A DNA stretch of 64,000 nucleotides from Planctomycetota bacterium (GCA_038227875.1 JBBRPR010000009.1:1-64000), one strand, 5' to 3'; numbered from the stretch's first letter, positions 47,367 to 57,732 are shown. Notes: generated by a model not told the origin, from the sequence alone. A program made the numbers and translations.

Positions 47367-49451
47367 TCAAACGCCCGGTGTTGGCGATTCCGGCTTGGGC
47401 ACGACAAACGGTTTTCCAGTCACAGGGTGATGCAGGGTGCGACCGGCATAGCGTTCAGGAATTTGCAGCAGCGCTCCGGGATTGCCCGAGCCGTCCGGAA
47501 TTTCGCAGAACAGCAATCCGCCCGCCTTGCGAACCAGGTTCGCGGACTCTGCTCCAGGCGTCTTGCTTGATCCTGCCAGGAGCATTCCCCTGCGAGCAAG
47601 GGTGTACAAAAAGGGCACGTTCACCCAGACCGGCTTGATGTCGGCAGGCCGGATGCGATTGAAAAACAATTTTCGCCGGGGCGAATTGGGCTTGAGATCT
47701 TCAGCCGTCGGGAAATTACCATCGGCATCCATCAGCGTCGGCGAGTGGCCCTGCGCACTGATCGGCATGTACGAAACATCCGCCGCAAAGTCTTCCGCGG
47801 CCGAAACCACTTCCGGGCACGTCTGCTGCAAGAGCGCGCGCAGCGAAAACGAGACGTCCTCCACGTGCCCGACATCCAGCCCCGTGACGGCATGTTTCTG
47901 GGATTGCACGTAAGGCGGCTGCCTCAAATTAATGGACAGCAGATTGCCCCAGATATCCATTTTGCCCACGATGACGATGAACAAGCCCTTGTATTTGTCC
48001 CGCTGGCTAAGCCCCAGGTAGCGGCGCACGCGGCGCGCGACTTCATTGAGGATCACATCCTGGCGCTGCAACTCCGCGCCCGGTTGAACCTGCGGGTCGG
48101 TGCTGGAAACTTTGGACCGGAAGCGCGGATCCTTGGTCGGATCAAACACGAAGAATATACAATCCGAACGCGCCATATGCTGCGTGGTGGGCGCATTCAC
48201 CTGCTCGGATCCCGGTTGAAAATGTTCTCCAGCATTGTCGTAAAGAATGATGCTGCGTCCGCTGTTTTGCGCGTTCTGGGAGAGCGGGTTGTGATCCAGC
48301 GCGCGGAGGCTGAAAATAAACGGTTTGGGGTACAGCGTGATCTGACCGTTGAAATTCACCGCGTTGTAAAACTGATCGCCTTCGCCCTGCGTCTTTTCCA
48401 GTCGCACATAAGCGTCCGGATCCTGGGGAAGAAAGAGTTTCTCTTCGTTTTCCTGCAGGCTGATGTTCATCGTCGCGTCGGCGTCGGTGAAGGCGAAGCC
48501 GAATTCGTTGTTCAACGAACGGCGCAGTTCCCAGGTCAGCGTGGCCAGCAGGTACGACTTGCCGCTCTTGGGCGCACCGATGACAGAAACAAAGAGCGGC
48601 TTAAATTCCGCGAGACACTTGGGTACTTCCAAGTGACAGTTGGGACACGCCATTTCATGGCTGGGCATGCCGCCTGGATCGATCGCCTGACCGTCCGGTG
48701 TAAAACGGGTCGGTTTGAAACGCTGCGGCGCATTCCCGCCCAGGAAGGGATCTCCAATCAAATCGGGATGGCGCGCGATGTAAAGCCCGTCTTCCAGCGG
48801 AAACACCGTCATGCAGTGCGGACAGGTACAAGTGTCCGCATCGCCGTGCTTCAACGGGCCGGGTTTATAACGCTCAACCAACGGTGCGGAGATGGGGGCG
48901 GCCAGCGGCACCGTGGATTGCGCCGGGGCGGGTGCGAAATTCGCAACATTGGCCGGCGCGGGCGCTGGCGCCGGCGCTGGCGGCGGCGCGGCCGGTCGAG
49001 CCATCATTTCTCCCAAATCCACGACGATCTCTTCGCCATTGGATGAGGACGTGGGCGCAATTGGCGATGGCATGCTGACGGCGAAGGCCGGAGTTTTCTG
49101 ATCGTTAAATGACACTGGCGGCGGTGAGGCCAGAGTTGCCATGGGCGTCAAAGGCGGCAACGGCGCACTTGGCGTCAACGGTGCTGTGGAGAGCGGCTCC
49201 GACGTATACAAGTCGCCCACATCCAGGGATAACGCCTCTCCACTGGAGGCCACAGGAAATTGCGCGAAGACATTGGCGAACGCATCGCCTGCGCGAACGA
49301 AGTTCTTTCGGTCTTTGCTGACCGGAGTCTCTATAGTGATCAACCCGGTTTTAATGCGCTGAGTAATTTTTCCTAAATCGTACGGTCCCTCGGTGGGATT
49401 GTTGGGGCGTACGATGTACCACTTATCTTCACCGCGAAGCAGCCGAAACAT
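47367..49451 (-). CDS. GYF_2-like + Pro-rich linker + Zn-ribbon + TRAFAC-like GTPase (double-GTPase-2-like)
   Basis: WYIV...EGPYD; CPHC and CPNC; G1 GAPKSGKS, G3 YDNAGEHF, G4-like GKMD, G5-like SAQG. Confidence 0.8.
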   Translation of the reverse strand: MFRLLRGEDKWYIVRPNNPTEGPYDLGKITQRIKTGLITIETPVSKDRKNFVRAGDAFANVFAQFPVASSGEALSLDVGDLYTSEPLSTAPLTPSAPLPPLTPMATLASPPPVSFNDQKTPAFAVSMPSPIAPTSSSNGEEIVVDLGEMMARPAAPPPAPAPAPAPANVANFAPAPAQSTVPLAAPISAPLVERYKPGPLKHGDADTCTCPHCMTVFPLEDGLYIARHPDLIGDPFLGGNAPQRFKPTRFTPDGQAIDPGGMPSHEMACPNCHLEVPKCLAEFKPLFVSVIGAPKSGKSYLLATLTWELRRSLNNEFGFAFTDADATMNISLQENEEKLFLPQDPDAYVRLEKTQGEGDQFYNAVNFNGQITLYPKPFIFSLRALDHNPLSQNAQNSGRSIILYDNAGEHFQPGSEQVNAPTTQHMARSDCIFFVFDPTKDPRFRSKVSSTDPQVQPGAELQRQDVILNEVARRVRRYLGLSQRDKYKGLFIVIVGKMDIWGNLLSINLRQPPYVQSQKHAVTGLDVGHVEDVSFSLRALLQQTCPEVVSAAEDFAADVSYMPISAQGHSPTLMDADGNFPTAEDLKPNSPRRKLFFNRIRPADIKPVWVNVPFLYTLARRGMLLAGSSKTPGAESANLVRKAGGLLFCEIPDGSGNPGALLQIPERYAGRTLHHPVTGKPFVVPKPESPTPGV

Positions 49452-49776
49452 GGGGAAACCCTTCTAAGAGTTGTACTTACAATAAACGTAACAGTTCATT
49501 TAGAGCTACAATTTAATTCGAACGATCGCAAAATCAACGACTTTCTATGTTTCGTTGCTCATAGTGCGTTTTTGAGACTCTATTGAGCTTTTACGTGATC
49601 CCAACTTCGATTACGACACTTTTTTATAATTTGTGCGCGTTTTCTACCCGACCTCACGTGATCCACTGCTCGTGTTCAACCGCGAAGACTCTTGTGTCAG
49701 GTGGGGGACGATGGTTGAGCGGAGGCGTTAGAAACGTCTTGAATCTACAAACCGACGGGCGGAACCTGGCAGAGAG

Positions 49777-50625
49777 TTACTTTTTATAATACGCGAACGC
49801 TTCGTGCTCCGCCTTCGTCCGACTTTCCAACTCGCGCATGTTCGCCGCGTCCAGCGGCTTGAAGGCGCGCACGATCCGCGCGTTGTCATCGACTTCCTGC
49901 TCGGTCTTGCAGCCGATGATCGCGTGGGTCACGCCGCCGAGCGACAGTGCGTAGCCGACCGCTTCGTTCATGCTCAGCGTGTCCAGCAATGCGCCCTGCG
50001 AGCAGGTCTTCATCGCGATCACACCCAAGTTCTGTTTCACAGCTTCCGGCAGCACCGTTTTTATGAAGGAATCCCGATGCACATCCGCCGCGTTGAGCGC
50101 TATCAGGACGGTATCGAACTGAAACCGTTTCATCGCGCTAAGAAGAATGCGCGGATCGTGATGCCCGGTCAGCCCCAGGAAGCGCACGCGCTTTTCGCGC
50201 TGAGCTTGCAGCATCCCCTCGAGCGCTCCACCTTTCGCGAAGATTTCGTCGAGTTCCTCCTCTTCACGCAGGTCGTGCAATTGCCACAGGTCGAGGTGAT
50301 CGGTGCGCAGGCGCTTCAAGCTGTCGTCGAGCAGCCGCAGCGAACCGTCGCGCGTCCGATCGTGCGTCTTCGACGCGAGAAACACCTGGCCGCGCCGCTC
50401 GCCCAGCGTCGCGCCGTAGTAATCCATGCTGCTGGCGTACGCCGGAGCCGTATCGCAGTACGTCACGCCCTGATCGAGCGCCCGCGAAATCACGCGCGCA
50501 GCGGCCTTGTGTTCGCCATGCGTCCGCAACACGCCTTCGCCTCCGAGCCCGAACAGCGAAACTGAAACCCCCGTGCGGCCGAGCACGCGGGAAGGCAGGG
50601 GAGGGGGAGTCGATGGAGTTATCAT
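49777..50625 (-). CDS. Aldo/keto reductase
   Basis: RVLGRTGVSVS, DTAPAY, FLASKT, SLKRLRTDHLDLWQLH. Confidence 0.92.
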   Translation of the reverse strand: MITPSTPPPLPSRVLGRTGVSVSLFGLGGEGVLRTHGEHKAAARVISRALDQGVTYCDTAPAYASSMDYYGATLGERRGQVFLASKTHDRTRDGSLRLLDDSLKRLRTDHLDLWQLHDLREEEELDEIFAKGGALEGMLQAQREKRVRFLGLTGHHDPRILLSAMKRFQFDTVLIALNAADVHRDSFIKTVLPEAVKQNLGVIAMKTCSQGALLDTLSMNEAVGYALSLGGVTHAIIGCKTEQEVDDNARIVRAFKPLDAANMRELESRTKAEHEAFAYYKK

Positions 50626-50766
50626 AGCTGCAAACGTAGCCGAATCCACGCGCTCGTCAAAATGTAACGCCGGTACAAAAAAGTGTGACGAACGCGCATC
50701 CTGCGTGGAATTTCTTTCGACGTTCGGCCATATTTATCAGCTCGTCATTATTATCAGGAGGTGCTC

Positions 50767-53277
50767 ATGAGCAAATCCTCTCGCTCGTTTCCTATCCTCG
50801 CGCTGGTCATCATCCTCGCGTCCACCGCGAGCGGCGAAGACAGCGACTATGCGTTCACGTTCGGTGGCGAGACCATTCATCCGTACATCATTTCGCTCAG
50901 CGGCGATGCCAAGCACCCGCGCCCAGGCGATCTGGCGATGGTGGATAACCATGTACTCATGCTGGACGCCTCGAAAAAGTGGTCGCTCAAATCCCTGGAA
51001 GATTCCGACGATCTGCTGATCGAAAACCAGGGCGTGTGGCAGCCGGTTTTCGTGCGCATTACCGAACATCGCATTGACGACAAGATGACGCTCATCAATC
51101 CGCTGGCGAAGATGAGCAAAGAGCAGATCCACAATCTACGCGGCGTTTCGATCGATGCCTGGAACGACCTCATCGCCGAAAAACTGAAAGACGTCGATCC
51201 CGCTCAGTGCTGCGTGTCCGTTTCCGACCGGGTTCAGACGGGAAAAGAGAAGGCCCTGCCCGCATTGCCGGCAGCCTTGCAGGCCCTGCGGATCGATGAA
51301 CGTTCGTCAAATGGCATCAAGGATTTCTCGGCGCTGAAAAATCTGACGGCGCTCCGCTACTTCGAATGCTACACGCTCTCGGGCGATCCCATTGACGTCA
51401 GTCTGTTGAAAGCCAACCACGGCATGCAGAACCTGGTCTTGAGCGGTAACAAGCTGACCCAGCTTCAAGCGCTCGCGGAATTCACCGACTTGCGCGTGCT
51501 GGATCTGGCATACTGCCGCGACCTCTCCTCCATCGATTTCGCATCCGCAATGCCCAACCTCGCGCAGCTCCGGCTCAATCGCACCGACGTCACAGACCTC
51601 AGCCCGCTCGCGAACTTGAATGCGCTGACCGACGTGAACGCCAACGAATCGAAAGTCGCAAAGCTTCCCAATGGCAAGCTGCCGGCATTGAAGATTTTGA
51701 GACTGATCTCCGCTCCGGTTACCGACGAGTCGATCGCGACTTTCAGGCAGGAGCATCCGGCCTGCAAAGTCACGCACGGCTGGGAACAGGCGTTGAAGAG
51801 CGAACTGGCCGATGTCACGCGCTTGCGGATCCGCTCCGGCGGCACCTGTCATCGCAACAAGGACGAGGAGAAGACGCTCTACGAGGACAAGGACCCGGCC
51901 TCGATCCAGAAGCTCGTCGCCGCCATCGCGATCGACGAAAGCCAGAGCGGATTTCACTGCATGTGCTGTGGCACGCCCAGCCTGGAATTCTACACCGGCG
52001 ACGCGCTGACTCTGACGCTCGGCTTCCATCACGCCCGTAGCCTGCGCTGGCCGAGCGGTTGGCCGGCCGATGGTCTGTTGAAGAAAGACAGCGCTACATT
52101 TCTGGTCGCGTGGATGGCCGACCGTGGCGTCAAAGGTCCCTTGAACGAAATCGAAGCAGCGAAGGCACAGAAGGATGCCGATCGGCGCAAACTCGAACTC
52201 GCCACCGCCGGCATGTCCGCGGAATTGCGCGACGCGTTCAAAAAAGGCGAAGCGGAATTTGGCGTCGCGCTGAAAAAGGAAATTCCCAAACCCGAAGATC
52301 AGGTCCGGATCCTCTTCCGCGCGTTCGGTGCCAGCAACAACAGTTGGACCATGCAGGAATGGATCGAACAGGTCGCGGAAGCCGTGCTCAAAACGTACGA
52401 CGTCAACACGCTCAGCACGGCCGCGCACGACGCGCTGCTGAGCAACGATCGGCAAGTCCGTCGCGGCGCCGCACGATTCTGGGAGTCGTGGCAATCGCCG
52501 CTTCTCGACTGGAAACCCGCCGACGCGCCGAAGCTGCACGGCATCGTCATCCAGATCCAGCAGGAATCGCGCTACTATCCGCTGCGCCAGGACGCGTTAA
52601 CCAACCTCCGCGCTTGGGCCCGGGAACTGCCGCCCCCGGAAATCGATAAGCGTCTCGCGGCGGGTCTTCACGATCCGGAGCCGAGCGTGCGCCGTCAGGC
52701 CATGCTGGTGGCCGGCGAACTGGAGCATCAGCCATCCGCGCCCGATCTGATGAAGGTGTTGAAAGGCGAGCCGCTCGACATCGCGGCGCTTCCCGATGTT
52801 CCGCCTGCGGAGAAAGCGGATGTGTCGGAGGGTTTCGACGAGATCGCCACCAAGCTCCCCGAGCCGCAAGTCGCCGCTCTCGCGCTGGGGTATATGAGGC
52901 ACGCCGACGCCAAAGCACTGATCGAAGCGCACGAAAAAGAGTCGCCAATGTATGCTGTGGCGCTGGCCTTACTCGGCGATGTCGCGAAACTGAAACCGGA
53001 ACACTTTCGCGGTCAGCGCAACAATAAGGAACTCCAGTTGGCCGCCGTCGACGCCGTGATCCGATGCCGCGGCGCGGCCGGTCTGGAGTTTGCCTTGAAC
53101 TACCAACAGGCTACACACTGGTGGGAAGAAGAACGCGTGGCGGAGAGGTTGAGCGCGATGCTGCTGAACGCCAGAGCGCCCGGCGCGGATCTGCTCCAGC
53201 GCGCCAAGTCGTTGAAAGATTTAAAAGCGTGGTACGCGCAGCACGGCGCCGCGTATTTCGATTCACTTCGCAAATAA
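50767..53277 (+). CDS. Secreted LRR + HEAT-repeat protein
   Basis: AGGAGG RBS, signal peptide, LRRs (LRVLDLAYC, LAQLRLNRTDVTDLSPL), HEAT-like motifs (LHDPEPSVRRQA). Confidence 0.8.
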   Translation: MSKSSRSFPILALVIILASTASGEDSDYAFTFGGETIHPYIISLSGDAKHPRPGDLAMVDNHVLMLDASKKWSLKSLEDSDDLLIENQGVWQPVFVRITEHRIDDKMTLINPLAKMSKEQIHNLRGVSIDAWNDLIAEKLKDVDPAQCCVSVSDRVQTGKEKALPALPAALQALRIDERSSNGIKDFSALKNLTALRYFECYTLSGDPIDVSLLKANHGMQNLVLSGNKLTQLQALAEFTDLRVLDLAYCRDLSSIDFASAMPNLAQLRLNRTDVTDLSPLANLNALTDVNANESKVAKLPNGKLPALKILRLISAPVTDESIATFRQEHPACKVTHGWEQALKSELADVTRLRIRSGGTCHRNKDEEKTLYEDKDPASIQKLVAAIAIDESQSGFHCMCCGTPSLEFYTGDALTLTLGFHHARSLRWPSGWPADGLLKKDSATFLVAWMADRGVKGPLNEIEAAKAQKDADRRKLELATAGMSAELRDAFKKGEAEFGVALKKEIPKPEDQVRILFRAFGASNNSWTMQEWIEQVAEAVLKTYDVNTLSTAAHDALLSNDRQVRRGAARFWESWQSPLLDWKPADAPKLHGIVIQIQQESRYYPLRQDALTNLRAWARELPPPEIDKRLAAGLHDPEPSVRRQAMLVAGELEHQPSAPDLMKVLKGEPLDIAALPDVPPAEKADVSEGFDEIATKLPEPQVAALALGYMRHADAKALIEAHEKESPMYAVALALLGDVAKLKPEHFRGQRNNKELQLAAVDAVIRCRGAAGLEFALNYQQATHWWEEERVAERLSAMLLNARAPGADLLQRAKSLKDLKAWYAQHGAAYFDSLRK

Positions 53278-53292
53278 AGCAGAGAGGACTTC

Positions 53293-53658
53293 ATGAAACT
53301 CCAGCTCAAACGCGTCATCATCTTCACGCATCAAATGGCCCGCATGACCGAATTCTACCGCGACCAACTCGGCCTCAAGGCGCTCATCGATCCGGAATAC
53401 GACGCCAGCGATTGGATCGAATTCGACGCCGGCGACACGCGCATCGCCCTGCACAAAGGCCACGGCGGCGGCGCGAAAAGCGCCACAAAAACCTGCGCGC
53501 ACAAACTCGTCTTCTACGCCAAGGACGTCGCCAAAGCCCGCGCCGCGTTGCTCAAGAAGAAGGTAAAGATGGGCGACGTCAAAAAATTCGGCACGCTGGT
53601 CCTCTGCGACGGCACGGACCCGGACGGAAATAAGATTCAGGTGTCCAATCGCATTTAG
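53293..53658 (+). CDS. VOC/glyoxalase-family protein
   Basis: EFYRDQLGL, WIEF, DPDGNKIQV. Confidence 0.9.
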   Translation: MKLQLKRVIIFTHQMARMTEFYRDQLGLKALIDPEYDASDWIEFDAGDTRIALHKGHGGGAKSATKTCAHKLVFYAKDVAKARAALLKKKVKMGDVKKFGTLVLCDGTDPDGNKIQVSNRI

Positions 53659-53732
53659 CATTCCCACAACGCCATACGCCAGCGCCGCTTGCTCATTTGG
53701 TTTCAGCGCCAACTATGGTGTATAATCATATC

Positions 53733-54239
53733 ATGAAACTCATCCCGTGCGACAACCCGGAATGGATGCTCTTCGACTGCAGCGCGTTGCGCGAGGATGT
53801 CATCGTTACTTGTGGTTTCGGTTTGGGCATGCTGTTCCTCGTCACGGTAACACCGGGCACGTTTGGGTTGATTACCATCGGCGTCGGCGCGATCCTGATG
53901 CTTGGCGCCAGCGCGTTTATGGGATTTTCGCACCATGGCGTGTTGATCGACAGAGCAGCGGGAATCGCTACGGACTGGCGGGAAGTCTTCGGCTGGCGCT
54001 TTTACTCGCGTGAGTATCCGCTCAATAAATTCTGCCGAGTCGAATTCACCAATACATTTCAAGATTACAATCGCATTCAGTTAATCGCCATCGCGGGCGA
54101 TCTTGTTTTGGGGAACGCAGATAGCCCTGAAGATGCCCATACGTTCGGGACCGCGATTGCCGACTTTCTTCAGATCCGCTATCGCCATGAACTGCTGTGG
54201 CTGGAGACTCCGCCGAAAAATAGTGTGAGTCTGAAATAG
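53733..54239 (+). CDS. Two-TM hypothetical protein, paralogue 1
   Basis: Similar to the next ORF; TATAAT ends 6 nt before the ATG. Confidence 0.7.
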   Translation: MKLIPCDNPEWMLFDCSALREDVIVTCGFGLGMLFLVTVTPGTFGLITIGVGAILMLGASAFMGFSHHGVLIDRAAGIATDWREVFGWRFYSREYPLNKFCRVEFTNTFQDYNRIQLIAIAGDLVLGNADSPEDAHTFGTAIADFLQIRYRHELLWLETPPKNSVSLK

Positions 54240-54244
54240 TCCCT

Positions 54245-54772
54245 ATGGAACGCATCGACTGCGACAACCCCAACTGGCGGCTCTACGACTGCAGCCCCGA
54301 TCGCGTCAATGCGATCCCATTTTTGATCTTAGGATCCGTGGGTTTAGTGGCGTTAATGGCTGCTCGCGAAGTGTGGCTATTGAGCTTCGTCTCGCTGGGG
54401 TTTTTTGCCGCTGCGTATTTCATGCTGTTCCAGCGCGGTGTTCTGATGGACCGCAAGGATGGCAATGCAACTGAATGGTGTGAATTTTACCGCTGGCGGC
54501 TGTTTAGCCGAACACACGATTTGCGCGCGGTAGATTCCATTCGTGTCATGCTGCACTCTGGCTCTCGTAGTTCCTCCTACGACATTGGGCTGCGCGGCGC
54601 GTCGTTAAGTCTGCATATCGGTCCGTTCTTCGGCCAGCACGAAGCTGAAACCGCTGCTGTCGATCTGGCAGAGTTCCTTCATATTCCGTACGGCCCCGCA
54701 CAGCGCGAGGAACTCGAAGACATCATTCAAACCCACAGGCTAAAGCGGTCCACGCCGATGTCGCCCGAATGA
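54245..54772 (+). CDS. Two-TM hypothetical protein, paralogue 2
   Basis: Shares CDNPxWxLxDCS, GVLxDR and AxFLxIxY with the previous ORF. Confidence 0.7.
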   Translation: MERIDCDNPNWRLYDCSPDRVNAIPFLILGSVGLVALMAAREVWLLSFVSLGFFAAAYFMLFQRGVLMDRKDGNATEWCEFYRWRLFSRTHDLRAVDSIRVMLHSGSRSSSYDIGLRGASLSLHIGPFFGQHEAETAAVDLAEFLHIPYGPAQREELEDIIQTHRLKRSTPMSPE

Positions 54773-54832
54773 CACCGCTATGATTGCGATCAATCGGTGC
54801 ACGCGCGTTCGCGGGTGCTCGATTGCCTTAGA

Positions 54833-54860
54833 TTGACACGCCACCAAACAGTTCTACAGT
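54833..54860 (+). promoter_or_regulatory. Sigma70-type promoter
   Basis: TTGACA-16 nt-TACAGT upstream of the glycoside hydrolase gene. Confidence 0.55.
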
Positions 54861-54924
54861 TTGCCGTCGATGGGCTCCGCCGTTCACGTCAATTCCCCAA
54901 CTCACTTTCAGCAATGGAGCAGGC

Positions 54925-57732
54925 ATGTGCTGTCGTAAAAATGCGCGCCGTTTAAGTGGGAATCGATCCACTCACATCTTGTCGCTGGTGCTGGTTGCGG
55001 CCACGGTCGCTGGTTCTCTCCGCGCGGCTGATCCCTCCGAAATTACAGGCGCTCCGAACGGCGGCCTGCACATTCTCGTGGATGGCAACGAGCTCTGCGG
55101 TCTGGAACCGTTTGTCGCCGACGGAGGATGGAAATTCCTCGCACCCACGGCCGTGAATGCGCCCGCAGGTTCACCAACGCGCTTTCAGTTGAAAGTGGGC
55201 AAGGATGTTATCCCCGGCTCCGTCACTGTCGCCGAACGGGAAGGCAAGACGGAAGTGGTCTGGTCCTTCACGCCGGCCACGGACGTAGCCTTCAATGCGT
55301 TGGCGGTGGGCGCCAATTTCTCAGTGGCCACCATGGCCGGAGGAAAGTGGGACGCGGACGATCACCACGGTGCCTTTCCAGAGGTGTTTGCCGGCGCAGC
55401 GGTGCTGGGCGCTGATGTGAGTTCGTTTGAAGTGACCTACCCCGATGGCCGGACGATCAAGATGACGTTCCCGCACCCGACGCGTGTTTCCATTCAGGAC
55501 AACCGCCAATGGGGTGGGCCCTCGTTTTCCCTCCGGATCGGCAAGGGTATTGGAAAATTGGCCGCCAATGAGCACTACGAACTCGCGCTGACCCTTACGA
55601 GCCCCGCCGCGCTGCACTACCGGCCCGAGCAACCGATGATCATCACCGCCAACGACGAGTGGATTCCGATGGTGGACGAACTCGATATCGTTCCCGGCTC
55701 CGCGTTGGACCTGTCGTCCTGCGGTTTGATCGACGGTCCGTGCGGTACGAAAGGCCGGGTCATCATTACGCCTGAGGGCCATTTCGCCTACGCCAATGAT
55801 CCGGCAACACCGCGCCGTTTTTATGGCGTCAACCTGTGCTTTTCCGCTCAATATCTGCCCAAAGAGAACGCCGATCAATTGCTCGATCGCCTGGTGCGCC
55901 TGGGCTACAACGCGGTCCGCATTCATCACTATGAATTTCATCTCACCAAGACCGATTGGAAACCGGGGTTCGACTGGAGCCCCGAGCACGTAGATCAGTT
56001 GGATTACTTGATGGCCGGCTGCGCCAAGCGGGGACTGTGGCTGACCACCGATCTCTATGTCTCGCGCTTGATCACCGGCGAGCAACTGGGACTTCCCGTC
56101 GAGAAGCCGGATTTTAAAATGCTGGTGCCGGTCTACGAACCGGCCTTCAAAGACTGGCAGACATTCGCGCGCAAATTCCTCGACCGGGTCAACCCCTACA
56201 CGGGGAAGCGCATAGCCGAAGAGCCTGCGCTGGCTTGGATCTCTCTGGTCAACGAGGGCGGGCCACCCGGCGACAATGTGAAGCAATATCCCCAGTGGAA
56301 ATCCGCCTGGAACCGCTGGCTGGCCAAACGCTTCGCGGATCGAAAGTCACTCCAGGCGGCGCTGGGAGATCTGAACGACAAGGAAGATCCGGCCGCGGAA
56401 ACCGTCGCGTTCCCCGACAAGATCAAGAGCGCCTCGCCGCGCTCTCTGCTCTGCCAGGCATTTCTTGCGGACACCGAACGTGCCATGTTCGAACGCATGC
56501 GCCAGTTTCTGCGGGAGGATTTGAAGTGCCCGGCATTTCTAACGGACATTAACAGCTGCGGCCCCACTCCTGTGCCCATGCAGGCGGCGCGGGCTGCGTT
56601 TGATTATGTCGACGATCACTTCTACGTCGATCACCCGGTGTTTTTTGAAAACCAGTGGCATCTGCCCAGCCGCTGCAACAATACCAATCCCATCCGCGAA
56701 GGCGCGCCCGGTGGGTGCTCCAGTGCCAGCCTACGGGTGTGGGGCAAGCCGCTGACCATCAGTGAATACGATTATGCCGGTCCTGGCCGCTTTCGCGGAG
56801 TGGGTGGCATCCTCACCGGCGCCTTGGCGTCGCTGCAGGATTGGGACGCCATCTGGCGCTTTGCCTACTGCCACAAAGACAAGGACATCTCCACACCTTC
56901 TCCCATTGATTACTTTAATCTGGTCAGTGACCCGCTGAATCAGGCCGCCGACCGGACTGCGTTGTTGCTTTATCTGCGCCGCGACCTAACCGTGGCGCCG
57001 GGCCGGCTGGCCGTCGCGTTGCCCCTGGAAAGTTTGCGCAATCCCTCGATCCTGTCGGCGCTGAGCGGAACCGAAGCCTTCGCGTGGAACACCCGCATCG
57101 GTTGTGCGCTGCTCGATGAAAAGGCCCAAATCCCTCAGGACGCCGTCGCCATCCCGCTGGAGTCCGCCGGTGACCGTGCCGCCGTTGCCACTCGGTTGCG
57201 CGAACGTCACCTGCTCGGAGCAGGTCCGGACACGCTGATCCGCTCGGAGACTGGTGAGATCGCCTTGGATCGCAAACTCGGCGTGTTGACCATCGACACG
57301 CCGCGCGCCGCCGGAGGGTATTCCGATCCGGGTCAGAGCATCGACGCGACCAAGGCGGGAGTGCGCATCGACGGATTCACCACAGGGGCGACGGTCTTTG
57401 TCAATAGCCTGGAGCGGGTGCCGATCAAGAACGCCAAGCGGATTCTCGTCACACACCTGACTGATCTGCAGAATCAGGGCGCTCATTACGGCGAGTCCGC
57501 CCGCCAGACACTGCTGGAATGGGGCACGCTGCCCCACTTGGTCCGCGACGGAGCCGCTGTGGTACATCTGGCGATGGCCGATCCGGCCGCATACGAAGTC
57601 TGGGCGTTGTCGGCCGGCGGACGACGGCTGGAACGCATTCCCGCCACCGTTGACAATTCTGGACTGGTCTTTCCGGTTCGTGTAAAGGCGACTGATGGCG
57701 CACGCCTGTTGTATGAGGTCAGTGTTAAGTAA
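54925..57732 (+). CDS. Secreted clan GH-A (GH5-like) glycoside hydrolase
   Basis: Signal peptide; RFYGVNL, GYNAVRIHH, VNPYTG, VNE (acid/base), ISEY (nucleophile). Confidence 0.78.
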   Translation: MCCRKNARRLSGNRSTHILSLVLVAATVAGSLRAADPSEITGAPNGGLHILVDGNELCGLEPFVADGGWKFLAPTAVNAPAGSPTRFQLKVGKDVIPGSVTVAEREGKTEVVWSFTPATDVAFNALAVGANFSVATMAGGKWDADDHHGAFPEVFAGAAVLGADVSSFEVTYPDGRTIKMTFPHPTRVSIQDNRQWGGPSFSLRIGKGIGKLAANEHYELALTLTSPAALHYRPEQPMIITANDEWIPMVDELDIVPGSALDLSSCGLIDGPCGTKGRVIITPEGHFAYANDPATPRRFYGVNLCFSAQYLPKENADQLLDRLVRLGYNAVRIHHYEFHLTKTDWKPGFDWSPEHVDQLDYLMAGCAKRGLWLTTDLYVSRLITGEQLGLPVEKPDFKMLVPVYEPAFKDWQTFARKFLDRVNPYTGKRIAEEPALAWISLVNEGGPPGDNVKQYPQWKSAWNRWLAKRFADRKSLQAALGDLNDKEDPAAETVAFPDKIKSASPRSLLCQAFLADTERAMFERMRQFLREDLKCPAFLTDINSCGPTPVPMQAARAAFDYVDDHFYVDHPVFFENQWHLPSRCNNTNPIREGAPGGCSSASLRVWGKPLTISEYDYAGPGRFRGVGGILTGALASLQDWDAIWRFAYCHKDKDISTPSPIDYFNLVSDPLNQAADRTALLLYLRRDLTVAPGRLAVALPLESLRNPSILSALSGTEAFAWNTRIGCALLDEKAQIPQDAVAIPLESAGDRAAVATRLRERHLLGAGPDTLIRSETGEIALDRKLGVLTIDTPRAAGGYSDPGQSIDATKAGVRIDGFTTGATVFVNSLERVPIKNAKRILVTHLTDLQNQGAHYGESARQTLLEWGTLPHLVRDGAAVVHLAMADPAAYEVWALSAGGRRLERIPATVDNSGLVFPVRVKATDGARLLYEVSVK

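Noticed and set aside
38346..49451. Prophage or type VI/VII secretion locus
   Set aside because: No integrase, structural phage, Tss or FtsK/WXG100 genes are recognisable.
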